The translations under genes and the position numbers were made by a program. DNA of 64,000 bases from Octopus sinensis. Its lineage: Eukaryota. Location: contig NC_043004.1 in the NCBI RefSeq assembly GCF_006345805.1, positions 77,004,001-77,068,000 on the forward strand. Direction: 5' to 3'. The notes under the pieces are model-generated. The model had not been told where the DNA came from. It searched no databases and saw only the letters and a list, made by a program, of their open reading frames with translations. Positions 38,893 to 51,739 of the stretch are shown one piece after another. Numbering within the stretch: position 1 is the stretch's first letter; each line of letters starts with the position of its first letter.

Positions 38893-39425
38893 CATCATCA
38901 TCATCATCATCATCATCGTTTAACGTCCGTTCTCCATGCTAGCATGGGTTGGACGGTTCGACCAGGGATCTGGGAAGTCAGAAGGCTGCACCAGGCTCCA
39001 GTCTTATCTGGCAATGTTTCTACAGCTGGATGCCCTTCCTAACGCCAACCACTCCGTGAGTGTAGTGGGTGCTTTTTACGTGCCACCCGCACACGTGCCA
39101 GGTGAGGCTGGCAACGGCTACGGTCGGATTGGTGCATTTTACGTGCCACCGGCACGGAAGCCAGTCGAGGCGGCGCTGGCATCAGCCACGATTCGGATAG
39201 TGCTTTTTACGTACCACCAGTCCGCCAGTCATAGGATTGGTTCAATTTCGATTCCGATTTCGATTTCACTTGCCCCAACATGTCTTCGCAAGCAAAGGGG
39301 GTTGGCATGGGTGCCTGTCGTCGGATGAGGTTCGATATCGACTTCGCTTGCCTGAACAGGTCTTTGTGTCCAAGGGAGGAAAGGCATGCATAAGTGGGCT
39401 GGGCTCACTTGTCCTGCCTGGTCTT
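38893..39425 (-). mobile_element. Non-coding retroelement with RTE-like 3' end and (GAT)n tail
   Basis: (CAT)n-CGTTTAACGTCCG..GGATGCCCTTCCTAACGCCAAC, with internal repeats of GTGCTTTTTACGTGCCACC. A second copy lies at 61867-62235. Confidence 0.7.
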
Positions 39426-40099
39426 ACACACACACACACACACACCACACACACACACAGATATATATATATATATGTATATGTATGTGTATATGTGTGT
39501 GTATGTGCATATATGTGCACGTGTGTGTATGTATATGTATATATACATAAATATATATGTATGTGTGCATGTGCGTATGTGTATGTGTGTGTGTATATAT
39601 ATACGTGTAGAGATATACGTATGTCTACCTCCCTTTTGGTGTGCATTTGCGTTTTTTTATAGGTGTATGCATATGTTAATGTGAACTTGTGTATACGTGC
39701 ACACGGGCGTATGATTATATGTGTATACGCATACATGTATGTATCTGTGTATGTGTATATGTATGTATGTTCGTATATATATTTACTAATTTGTATACGC
39801 GAGTGTATTAACACGTGTACGTATGTCAAACTTTGCACAAACGTGTGTATCTCGCCTTACCTACGAATATATGCACATATTTATCTATGCTATGTGCGTA
39901 TATTTATGCATACATGCGCGTGTGTGCGTGTATATATGAGTTCCTGTACATATATGAATGTATGTATTCATCTATACGTGTGCGTATGCGCGTGTATCTA
40001 GTTGCACGTATATACCCATACTCTTGGATGTGTGTGTGTGAGCACGTATGTATAAGTGTGTATATACATACACACACACACACATATGTATATGTATAT

Positions 40100-42290
40100 A
40101 TAGACATAAATTTTGCTGTGGAGAAATGCATTCAAGCAATCTGTGAAAGTGAAGTGGAATTCCATAAGGTCACCTCTAGACAACTGGGCCTCCTCCTCAG
40201 ACTATGCTATGACAATAACTACTTAGATGACCGTGACTTTAGTAAATTCTGCCCCACCAGGTCACAGAGGGGAAGACCACCCACCATCACTTCAGCAGTG
40301 AAGAAAAGCACCATAGAGCGCTGGAGTGACTGGACCGCACCCACCCAAAACCCTGAGAACAACAATCAGATGAAGGAAATGATTGCATATGCAATAGGGG
40401 CCAGCTTAAAAACCACCTTGAAAAACCACATAGTAAAGTTTAATAAAAAAAAACTATACATGCAGGTTCAAGGTGCAGCCAATGGTGTTGGTGTAGCTGG
40501 AGGTGTGGCTGGCCTCTTCATGACCTGGTGGGACAGAAAATTTAAACAAATGTTAACAGAACAGTCCATAACTCTTCTACTCTACAGTAGATATGTAGAT
40601 GACGTTAATATAATAGTTAGAACCAACTCTAGTGACGGTAATGTAGAGACTGAGAAGAACGTAATGGAGAGCATCCAGCAAATAGCTAACTCCATTCACC
40701 AAAGTATCAAGGTAACTATAGATTACCGGCGAGCTGGCAGAAACGTTAGCACGCCGGGCGAAAAGCTTTGCGGTATTTCGTCCGCCGCTACGTTCTGAGT
40801 TCAAATTCCGCCGAGGTCGACTTTGCCTTTCATCTTTTCGGGGTCGATAAATTAAGTACCAGTTACGCACTGGGGTCGATGCAATCGACTTAATACCTAT
40901 GTCTGTCCTTGTTTGTCCCCTCTGTGTTTAGCCCCTTGTGGGTAATAAAGAAATAGGTATTTCGTCCGCCGCTACGTTCTGAGTTCAAATTCCGCCGAGG
41001 TCGACTTTGCCTTTCGTCCTTTCGGGGTCGATTAAATAAGTACCAGTTACGCACTGAGATCGATATAATCGACTTAATCCGTTTGTCCTCTCTGTGTTTA
41101 GCCCTTTGTGGGTAGTAAAGAAATAGGTATTTCGTCCGCCGCTGCGTTCTGTGTTCAAATTCCGCCGAGGTCGACTTTGCCTTTCATCCCTTTGGGGTCG
41201 ATAAATTAAGTACCAGTTACGCACTGGGGTCGATGTAGACTTAATCCGTTTGTTTGTCCTTGTTTGTCCCCTCTGTGTTTAGCCACTTGTGGGTAGTAAA
41301 GAAATAGGTAACTATAGATTACCCCACTAAGCACCCTGTACTTGATACTGAACATTGGTTACAGATTGTGAACAATGGAGTGCAGCTCCTCCACTCTTAT
41401 TATATGAAACCCATAACTTCAAAATATGTTGTTCACAAGAACTCAGCTTTGTCATACAACATGAAAATTGACATACTGATAGCAGACTTAGTTAGGACAA
41501 TGAACAATGTGTCTCCACTATGTGAACCCTATGAAATGAAAAAATATATACGGAACTTCATGCACCGTATACAGTTCTCTGGATATGATCAGAAAGATAG
41601 GGTTCGAGTATATAGGGGTGCTAGTAAGAAATTAAATAACATTATACGTAATGAAACCAGTGATACCTGCCCTAGATATAGAAACAAAGACTGGACTAGG
41701 ATACAAATAACTTGTGACAAAGCAAACAGGGCGAACACGTAGTATAAAACTGACAAATATCAAGGAGTGATGTTTTTAGAGGCCACAGTCCATGGAGAGC
41801 TAGCCCGTAGATTTAGAAAAGCTCTGAAGGAGACCAAACTCAACATTAAAATTGTTGAAAAGCCAGGGAACTCCATCAGATCATAACTATGTAGGACGTA
41901 ACCCTTTGAGAATACCATATGCACCAATGATAACTGCATGGTATGTAGGATTAGCCCTGGCATTAACTGTAGATCTCGAAATGTAGTTTACTGCATAATA
42001 CATAGAAGGTGCTTGTAAAGACATGAACATGACATACATAGGGGAGATATCTAGGAGCATTGCGGAACGACTAAATGAACATCTGAGACAATATGACGAC
42101 AGAAAACAGTCCTCCATACTCTACCAACATACCAAAGATCACCACACCATGGAGGTAACTTGGGTCAACTTGACATCCAAATCTTATCCAAGCACCCAAA
42201 AGACCCAACACTCAGACAAATACGGGAGTACGTCCTTATAAATGAAACCTCCCCAATACTAAATAGGAGATATGCATAGTAGATACCATA
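40100..42290 (+). mobile_element. Penelope-like element, 5'-truncated: RT + Cys-rich linker + GIY-YIG, interrupted by a SINE
   Basis: RT: LYMQVQGAANGVGVAGGVA..YSRYVDD. Thumb: YMKPITSK..GYDQKDR. Linker: CTNDNCMVC..NCRSRNVVY. EN: YIGEISRSIAERLNEH..LRQIREYVLI..PILN. Confidence 0.9.
40728..41306 (+). mobile_element. SINE-B concatemer: one head + three tandem body units, 17-18-bp TSD
   Basis: Units at 40772-40955, 40956-41125 and 41126-41306. TSD GGTAACTATAGATTACC at 40711-40727 and 41307-41323. Confidence 0.95.
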
Positions 42291-43144
42291 CCTCCATACC
42301 TACAGTTTACACAGGTAGAGTAGAATGGTTAGTGGACTGTTAGGTAGATAAATGTATGTGTGTGTGTGTGGGTGTGAGTGTGTGTGCATGCACCTTTTTT
42401 TTCTGGATGTAAGCATATACATGGTACATAGTTGCATAACACACACACACACACACACACACAGAAGGAGGCAGAGGTGCATACATATACAAACACATTC
42501 TCACACACACATACATAGAAAATATACAAACAACGGACATGCAAGCACATAAATATGCAGGATACATACATACAGATGCACACACATACATACATACATA
42601 CATACATATGCATACACACACATATATACTTACATACACATGCAAACACACATATACATACATACGTACATGCATGCATGTATAGGCACACACACACACT
42701 GACCCACACACATGCGCACAAACAAACAAAAGGGAACGCAGTGTAAATAAGGGACAGAGTGAAGATTATTGAAAAGGTTGCAAGATGCAACGAAAATTTT
42801 AGGAAAATAAAAATAGGAAATAAGTGGAAATTTTATCGGTGAGTGTGTTACATTATAAGGCACAAAAAGAAACGACTCTCCCCAGACACAACAGAATATG
42901 CTTCAACACACGAACTCATATAAAGAATCTTGCAAACCAAACATATATATACGTGTGTGTGTGTGTGTGTGTATCTGTGTATGTATATTTGCGTATGAGC
43001 ACGAATGCATAAATAATATTTTCGTCTAAGTATTATCTTCCTTTCTACTTCCTTTTCTTTCTCAACTGTTAAAACAGCAATGGCTCATTAAGTCATCTTC
43101 TCTAAACTACAGTTTTCACGTTCATATTTGAATTTCTCGCGTTT

Positions 43145-43241
43145 CACCTTGGCAGGTGTCTTCTACTATAGCCTCGGGCCGACCAAAGCCTTGTGAGTGG
43201 ATTTGGTGTACGGAAACTGAAAGAAGTCCGTCGTATATATG

Positions 43242-43313
<72 letters not shown>

Positions 43314-43548
43314 TGTGTGTGTGTGTGTGTGTTTGTGTGTCTGTGTTTGTCCCCCCAACATCGCTTGACAACTGATACTGGTGTGTTTACGTCCCCGTAA
43401 CTTGGCGGTTCGGGAAAAGAGATCGATAGAATAAGTACTAGGCTTACAAAGAATAAGCTCCGGTGTCGATTTGCTCGACTAAAGGCGGTGCTCCTGCATG
43501 GCCGCAGTCAAATGACTGAAACAAGTAAAAGAGTAAAAGTAAAAGAGT
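43145..43548 (+). mobile_element. SINE-A, 5'-truncated
   Basis: Body, (TG)n and tail AAAAGAGTAAAAGTAAAAGAGTA. Confidence 0.9.
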
Positions 43549-43909
43549 ATATACATACATATATAGGTATGCTTGTATGAATGTACGTACGTGTGCATAT
43601 GTGTGTGTGTGTGTGTGTGTGTGTTTGTATGTGCATAAGAGCAAGCATGGTTATGTGGTTAAAAACTTTCGATGTATTAGAGTGACAGCTTGGCCAAGGG
43701 CTTTGTAACACAAGCTTGTGTTGAGCAATACTCTGTGAATGAAATTGAATCACCTTAGACTGTACCCCCAGTTCTATCACACATGGACACTCACTCTTTC
43801 TCTCTGCCTCTCTGCCTCTCTCTGCCTCTCTGCCTCTCTCTGCCTCTCTGCCTCTCTCTTTCTCTCTCTCCCACTTTCACTCTCTCTCTCTCGCATTCTC
43901 ACCCTCTCT

Positions 43910-43941
<32 letters not shown>

Positions 43942-44138
43942 CCACACCCACACACACACGCACACGTGTCATTACGAGGTCAAATTTTTCGAAAGCAGAG
44001 GCAAATGTAATCGTCGCCATACCACACCTACCACAAACGGTAATAGATAGGCTTTTGCCTCAATTTCAAGCTTATCATGCAGATATCAATGTGTATCAAT
44101 TTATATTAATAACAAACAATATATTTCTAATGAAAATA

Positions 44139-44522
44139 TCTTTATATATAAAAGTGAAGTTGTGTGTCTGTCTCCTACGATTTAGATTCCTAACTACTCC
44201 CACATTTTGCGGTGCAGTTTAACCAAAACCGGGTATCTTATAGTCGTGATTCATATCGAGCCCTTCTGGGTATTAGCGCGCATCTACGATGAGTCTACGA
44301 TTTTAAAAAAAATTTACCATCATTTTTTCCATTTTAATGCATTTTTTCGCTATTATATAAGGGAAGTAACTCTCTAAAAATGCCTACGATGAGTCAACGA
44401 TTTAAAAAATATTTACCATCATTTTTAATGCATTTTTTGCTATTTTTTGGCTATAACTCTCTAAAAATGCTTATATAGTTATTTCCCTTACAAACCCGAG
44501 CAACGCCGGGCGATACTGCTAG
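44139..44522 (+). mobile_element. Non-autonomous Helitron
   Basis: A|TC 5' end (TCTTTATATATAAAAGTGAAG), 3' hairpin CCCGAGCAACGCCGGG followed by CTAG|T, no TSD. A second copy is inverted at 59192-59588. Confidence 0.85.
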
Positions 44523-44948
44523 TCTATTATAAATATCCATTCAAAATAAAACTAAATAAAAGTAACAGATAAATGTTATCAAAAAAATTCGAACTGAAAT
44601 TTGTTGAATGATTCCTTCGAACCCTCGCAAATGAAACACAGATGTGTGTCCGAGATAATTTTAGTGAAGGCGGGAGTATGTTGGATATTGTGTGAGATTT
44701 ACATTTATTCAATATCTGAGATATAACATTTACATACCTTTTCTATAGCGGTAAAAGGTCATTCCTCTCACGCCCTTTCCCACCCTTCTTTCACACTTAC
44801 TTATACACACACGTGCAAACACGCATTCATATACATCTTTAGATGTACCTCTATTTATGTGTGTATGTTTATATACATGTATATATACATACATATCCAC
44901 ACACACACATATATGTATATGCATGCATACATACATATATATATACAT

Positions 44949-44995
<47 letters not shown>

Positions 44996-45031
44996 ACATA
45001 CACACATATATATACATACACACACACACAC

Positions 45032-45077
<46 letters not shown>

Positions 45078-46029
45078 GTATGTATATATATATATACATA
45101 TATATATACACACATACATACGCACACGCACGTGTGTAAATTAGGTCGGCAAACAGATAACACGCATACGCTGTTTGAGCAAATGCGCGTGCGTATGTGT
45201 ATACTCGCACTCGCGCATCTTTCGCATATCTCCAATTGACTCTAGACATTCCAGAAAAGCTAAAAATAGATTTTGGCACTTCCTGTTTGGTTACAATTTA
45301 GTTCAAGGAGACATTTACAACCCAAATCTAGAATAAGGGGCTAATTTGTTTCCTCAGTGAATAGAAGAAAAGCAGTTTCCCCCTTCCTTCGTCCTAAATA
45401 ACAAGAGGTGAAGTGAAGTAGTGAAATTCGGTAAATGTGAATTATAACAACAGAATGGTAAATATTGTTTTACAAAACAAAAACTGCCGATCTTAGATTA
45501 CGATCGTCTTAATAATCCTTTCTAATATAGGCGCAAAGTCTTAAATCTGTCGGGGGTAGCTAATCGATAATATCGGCGGGTTCTTCTCTATTTGGCTGCC
45601 ACTTTTCAGTTTCGTCAATTGTTATTCCAAATGATTTCATATTTGGTGTAATGGTGCAGTTTTGTATGGTAATCATTGACATGTAATTCATGTTCGCCAT
45701 AAATCAATACATAAAGAGTTAAGAGCTTTTGAAGTTTGTGCTTAGCTGGTATTTGTTTTATCAGCCCAGGAAGGATGAAAGGCAAAGTCGACCTTGGTAG
45801 AATTTGAACTCAATGTTAAGAGCCAGAAAGTTTCCTGCAGAAAACAGATCTTGCTTACTATCTTTTAACTATCTGTAATGTGAAGGGATTCGCCGTTGTA
45901 AAAAAACGGGGTGGATTCAGATTGGTTTCTTTATTAAAAGATCAGAATTATCAGAAACTAATACCGGGAATACGCGATGTATACTGGTGGCTCATAATCA
46001 ATAATGAGGTACGTTTGTATATTCCTTTC

Positions 46030-46445
46030 TACTATAAACACAAGGCCCGAAATTTGGGGGGGGGGAGAATAAGTCAATTACATCGACCCTAGTGCGTACA
46101 TGGCATTTATTTCATCGACCTCGAAAGGTTGAAAAGCAAATCGACGTCAGTGAAATTAGAACTCAGAACGTAAAGACGGATGAAAAGCCGTTAAGCATTT
46201 TGTCCGATATACTAACGATTCTGCGAGCTCGCTGTCTTCGTACGTTCGTATATCGGTTTCAAATTTTGGCACAAAACTAGTGGTTCTGGTGGAGGGGATA
46301 AGTTGATTACAGCGACCTCTTTGTTCAAGTGGTATGTATTTTTTCAGCTCAGAAACAATGAAAGACATTTGACCTCAAAACGTTGGAAGAAATGCTGCTA
46401 AGCCTTTCCCCCGCCGCGCTAAATATTCTGCCGGATCGCCGCCTT
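46030..46445 (-). mobile_element. Two adjacent older SINE-B-family copies
   Basis: Core and head motifs twice in reverse orientation. Confidence 0.75.
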
Positions 46446-46519
46446 AGTATGCTCCTATAGTAACAGAAATTATGACCTAAATTTTAAAGGCGATGTTTTC
46501 ACAAATATTTAATGAACAC

Positions 46520-46697
46520 AGGTGCAGACAGTGTGGTTGTAGGATTCAAAAGTGCACTTTGCAACCACGTGGTTTGGGGTTCGCTTTCCCATCGCGCAGC
46601 GTTTGCGCAAATGTGGTCTGCTTAAGACCCGACCATTAACCTGTGAGTGAATTTGATACACAGAAACTGCAAAGAAGACCGTCGTATATGTACGTGT

Positions 46698-46745
<48 letters not shown>

Positions 46746-47010
46746 TGCGTGCGAGCGTGTGTTTGTGTGTGTCCGTGCATGCATATGCATGTATGTGTGT
46801 GTGTCCTTGTGATTGTGTTCGTGACACCCGACGTCTCTTGACAAGCGCTGTTGGTTCATTTACGACCCCATAACTTAGCGGTTCGGTTATAAGAGAACCT
46901 ATAGAATAATTACCAAACTTTCAAAAAGTAAGGACTGGCATCGGTTTGTTCAACAAATACTCTTCGATGCAATGCCCCAACATGGCTGCAGTCTAATGAC
47001 TAAAACAAGT
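46520..47010 (+). mobile_element. SINE-A, diverged, full length
   Basis: GGTGCAGACAGTGTGGTTGTAGG head through the AACAAGTAAAAGATA tail. Confidence 0.7.
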
Positions 47011-47611
47011 AAAAGATAAAAAATAAAATGATTGTTTATATTCTTTTCGCTAATTGTTTGCTTTCATTCAACCATGCTTTACATTTCAATGAGGACATCT
47101 GGGATTCGTGGTTCATGCACCGTTAACTTGTTACCTTTCACTTTATTGACAAGCACGTAGGGCAACAGCTTATTGCTAAAAACATATATACACTTTCTAC
47201 ATGCATATGACTATTTCTAATTACTTGTAAAGATAGAATTGAAAGAAGGCAAAATAAAAATATAAAGAAAGAATATGGATATATCTATTTGTATATGCAC
47301 ATATGTATACCTCTTACATACATTCACTCTGTTTATAGAAAGCAGAAATAGACAATACAATATGATACAGTTAAATACAATAAAACAAAATACAGTATGC
47401 AGACATGTGATTTAACTAGAATATATCCCCATATATATATATATATATATATACATACATACAAAACCTAGCATCTCTTGGTTTTTGCGTAAATTTGTTG
47501 GTACTTATGCTAATGCACCTATGATGATAGATACAAATGAGAAATTATAAGCTAGTGTGCAAGAGTTGTAAGTTCCGCATTAATTCACCGTAAATGTTGT
47601 CTTTTGCCTAG

Positions 47612-47700
47612 ACTTTTCATTAAACATTCACATCCGCTGGGCAGCTGATCTCTACAACAGTGTACGACTGTTTTTTTCCTGTCCCAAAGAGCAGTATCAG
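47612..47700 (+). CDS. Candidate 89-bp exon (x)FSLNIHIRWAADLYNSVRLFFSCPKEQYQ
   Basis: TTGTCTTTTGCCTAG acceptor, CAG|GTTTGT donor, only one open frame (phase 1 to 0). Confidence 0.3.
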
Positions 47701-47815
47701 GTTTGTTATGTTTTCTCCAACCTGCTGTTTTTATTGGAGTGTTGCACCAGTTTTCCTGGGTAAATCTTCCTGTGGATAGCGTTGTACATATTCTTTGAAA
47801 CTATGTCATCCCAAA

Positions 47816-48040
47816 GGCGGCGAGCTGGCAGAAACGTTAGCACGCCGGGCGAAATGCGGAGCCGTATTTCTTCTGCCGTTACGTTCTGAGTTCAAATTCC
47901 GCTGAGGTCGACTTTGCCTTTCATCCTTTCGGGGTCGATAAATTAAGTACCAGTTACGCACTGGGGTCGATATAATCGACTTAATCTGTCCTTGTTTGTC
48001 CCCTCTGTGTTTAGCCCCTTGTGGGTAGTAAAGAAATATA
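47816..48040 (+). mobile_element. SINE-B, full length
   Basis: GGCGGCGAGCTGGCAGAAACG.. to AAAGAAATA. Confidence 0.92.
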
Positions 48041-48071
48041 TATTATGTTCCAGAGGCAGCTAGGATCTCGC

Positions 48072-48103
<32 letters not shown>

Positions 48104-50474
48104 ATACAGTGTCTATTCGTTATTCCAGATCGTGATTTTTTCCTCTTTGATCTTTGTTTCATGTTCTTCTGTCTCATCTTGACAGTTCCTGTCTCTTCTC
48201 AAACTCAACCTTGTTCTTCTGGTTATATACCCTCGCTCTTCTTCAAGAGGTCATTCTCCATCCCGTCGTCACACTCACGACTATTAACAAATTCAATGAT
48301 ATTCTTAATGAGATTTTCTCGATGATGTTCTGCTGGAAGTTTCTTTACTCTTCCCGTTCGTGGTGGCATCTCGAAATGGCATCTTCCACGCATTCCTTAT
48401 CAGCGATACATAATAGTGTCTGCTACATTTCTCTTTTTGGTCTTCTACCTGTAATTCTTCGATTGAAAGTAAACACCTTGCTTATTTTGTCTTCCTCGCC
48501 GAGACACCTGTTCAGTAAATAAGTATCAGAAAATTCCTGGGAAGAACTATATGCAGGCTCTTACTGAGGCTAAATCTCAATATATGGAACGCACCACATT
48601 CCGTATTGCAGAGCTGGGTCTCCAGGGCTTTTGGAAAAGCTATAACAACTTATTGATTTACAGTAAGAGCTATTGTTTTGAAATGTACTCCACCAATGTG
48701 ACTTATTTCAGATACTCTGCATGAAGTTGAAATTTTCAAGGGAAATCCTGAAATTTATTATATACTCGAATTCACTAAATAATTACCTATTCAATTATAA
48801 ACACTGTACAACGTAAGGTAATGTACATTTAGTGAATACAATTTATAGAATAAATTTTTGGAATAAATACCATTTATTTGCATTGCCAGTGATATTAATT
48901 TTACGTAGAAAGTAACATCAACACATTCTTTCATCACTCGATTCTATGGACAAATACAATTTTCAATAAATCATTCAACGTCCACCTTGTATATTTAAGC
49001 AAGTCATCACTTGTCAAAAGATATTTGTGTGAAAGGATACCTGGTGATGCTTCTATATCATCACAACAGTAAATACTTTACTTCAGGTGGCTAATTATTC
49101 AAGAAGGAAAGGTTTACATCTGTAACTTAGCTTTTTCATGAGGTATGTAGATGAATGGTTGGATGGTGGATGTGTTAAAAGATTGCTTCTAAATAAGTAA
49201 AACAGAATGTATACATACATATACATACACATGTACAGTAACATTTTTGGAACAAATGTACACGTTCGGATATATCATTTGAATATATTTGTATTCTGAA
49301 AATAAGTCTTAAAATAAACACATACATAGTAATATAAAATATAAACCTACGGTATGCGTACGTAAAATACATAGCCACTATCTAGACGAAAAGAGCTACG
49401 TATCGTATAAAAATATTATGATGTATATTAATGATGAATATATTAGATATGCGGTAGATATACTTTATACACGGTGTGATAAATCGACAATATTTGCATT
49501 CATATGATTTCACTACAAAATGAATTGATAAGTCCGTACTATGATTTGTATGCTAATTGAACGAAACTAAAATAAAATATAAATATTAGTCAATCGATCT
49601 GAGGGTTACCGTTGAAAATCTGTTGATATTCTTTACTTGTTCAATTTGGGAGGATAGAATTCTATGGAATATAATCAATTTCACATTATTAACTGTGTAT
49701 ACATAATTTGATACGTAGAACGACACGACTGGAAGGATTTGCTTTCACAACTAAGTATTCGACAATTAGAAATTATGGAAATTTTAGAAAGAACCAAACA
49801 GTGAAAAAATTAGTATATTCAGAATATTTGTATATATTTTCAAACTGAAGGAAACTTTAGCTTTCATATTGTACAGCTGAGCAATCGTACAATATGAAAT
49901 GTTTAAAGCCTTTTACTGCATTGTCTGTTTAGATGTGAACTGGAAGCAACTCGAGATATATAAGCAAATTCGAACACACACATACCTTGTGTGAGTGTGT
50001 TCGATTTTGTGAATTGTTTGTGTTCGAATACCTTACAGAAACTAGGAAAATGCTTACACTATTTGTAATTAGTTTCGTTTATCTACATTCAGTCCCACAC
50101 TTCATGAAGTCAATAAAATATCCGTTATGAACGGTTGCAATTTAATTTATACTAAAAGCTTGACTATGCCCGAGGTCAAATGATGGGCATCTCCGTGTGA
50201 GCTTGCATTAATGTGGAGTTAGATATAGAGATTAATAGCGGTTATTTAAATTGGTTTCATAAAAATTGATATTATTTTATTCCTTTGATACAGGTCTTCA
50301 TAAACATTTATCTTATCTTCTGGGCATTATTACTTAGCTTCAGAGTTATTTGATTTGTTTGATTGAGAAGGCAGTTGAGAAGGTACACAATATATGTGTG
50401 TGCGTGCGTGCATGCGCGCGTGTGTGTGTGTGCATGTGCGTGCGTAAACACACACGTACACACACACACACACA

Positions 50475-50556
<82 letters not shown>

Positions 50557-50557
<1 letters not shown>

Positions 50558-51275
50558 TGGGTCATCTCATAAATAATGCGGGTTTTTCAATTGCATGAAC
50601 TAAAAGTCGGAGGGGGATGGGATAAACTACCTGCATCAACTTGCTATGAAAGGAGGTAGTAATTTTACCTTGTACTTATTCTTAGTGCTGGTTTTGAAGA
50701 GTGCAGTTCGATTTTAACTGCTATTTTTTCAAAGCTATGATGGAAGAGACAAAGGAACATATTCAGCATATGTTGCTTTATGAGTTCAACAAAGGCAACA
50801 GCGCAACGGAAAGTGCGAGGAATATTAATGCAGTATATGTGAATTAGACAATAAATGTAAGCAAGTTTCAACGGTGGTTCCAGAAATTCCGAGCCGGAAA
50901 CTACAGCCTAGAAGATGATCCTTGTCCTGGAAGATCTGGAGAGCTCGAAGAGGACATTCTGCAAACTCTAGTGGAACAAAGTTTCATCGTAACTGTTGAG
51001 GAACTAGTAGAGAAGCTTGGATTTGGTCATTCAACCATTCATCGATACCAGCGCTAGAAGAAAAACGAGTATCTTTGGTTTTAAGAAAGGTGTTCTTCCA
51101 TCAGAATAATACTCGGTCACATACAGTGACATTCCAAAGGCTGGAGCAGTTTAAATGGGAAACGATGCCCCACCCACCATATTCGCCGAGTATTGCCCCA
51201 TCTGATTATCATTTACTCCGCAGTCTTCAAAATCATTTGGATGGAAAAAATATGAATTTTGTAGACGAGGTCAGA
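50557..51275 (+). mobile_element. Mariner transposon, internally deleted and 3'-truncated
   Basis: TA|TTGGGTCATCTCATAAATAATGCGG left end. Transposase from 50737: MLLYEFNKGNSATESARNI..RWFQKFRAGNYSLED.., joined to HPPYSPSIAPSDYHL (YSPDLAPxD motif). Confidence 0.88.
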
Positions 51276-51402
51276 GAGAACGAGAGAAAAAGTGTGTAAA
51301 GGTGAGAAGGAAGTATATATAAAAGTTGGAAGGTTGAAAAACCGGAAAACGAAACAGAAATCAGAAAGAGGCAAAAGAATGAATTAGAGTTATTTACCTT
51401 AG

Positions 51403-51463
51403 ACCGTAATTATAAGGCTGAAAAGATTTTGGCTTAATGTCTATGGTACAGTTATTCAATCCG
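51403..51463 (+). CDS. Candidate 61-bp exon TVIIRLKRFWLNVYGTVIQS
   Basis: TTATTTACCTTAG acceptor, CCG|GTAAGG donor, only one open frame (phase 0 to 1). Confidence 0.3.
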
Positions 51464-51739
51464 GTAAGGGAGGCACTTTCCAATTCAACAGGAATTTAGC
51501 TATATGCTTACAACCGCTGAAAATTTCGAATCTAGAGTTCAGCAGTGAGTTAAATCTTTTAGATCTGAAAATGATCCGAGTTCTTTCAGTCACACACGTT
51601 TTCGATCATTTAACATTTGGTGTGGATTTTTCGACTATTTTCCGCTTTATAATATGGTGTGCGGCGTTTGATTTCAAACCTCATACGTTGCTAACCAACT
51701 TAGTTACTTTACTTTTGTCCCTGTGTCGGAAGCAGGATA

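Noticed and set aside
39815-40798. 327-aa ORF as an intact host protein
   Set aside because: The N-terminal part (about 95 aa) is microsatellite, the middle is PLE RT, and the last residues are SINE-B.
40772-41306. CRISPR-like or satellite array
   Set aside because: Units are SINE bodies with no unique spacers, in a eukaryotic context.
49086-49143. Exon candidate between the TTACTTCAG acceptor and the GAG|GTATGT donor
   Set aside because: Stops in all three frames over the full length. Shorter variants are unsupported.
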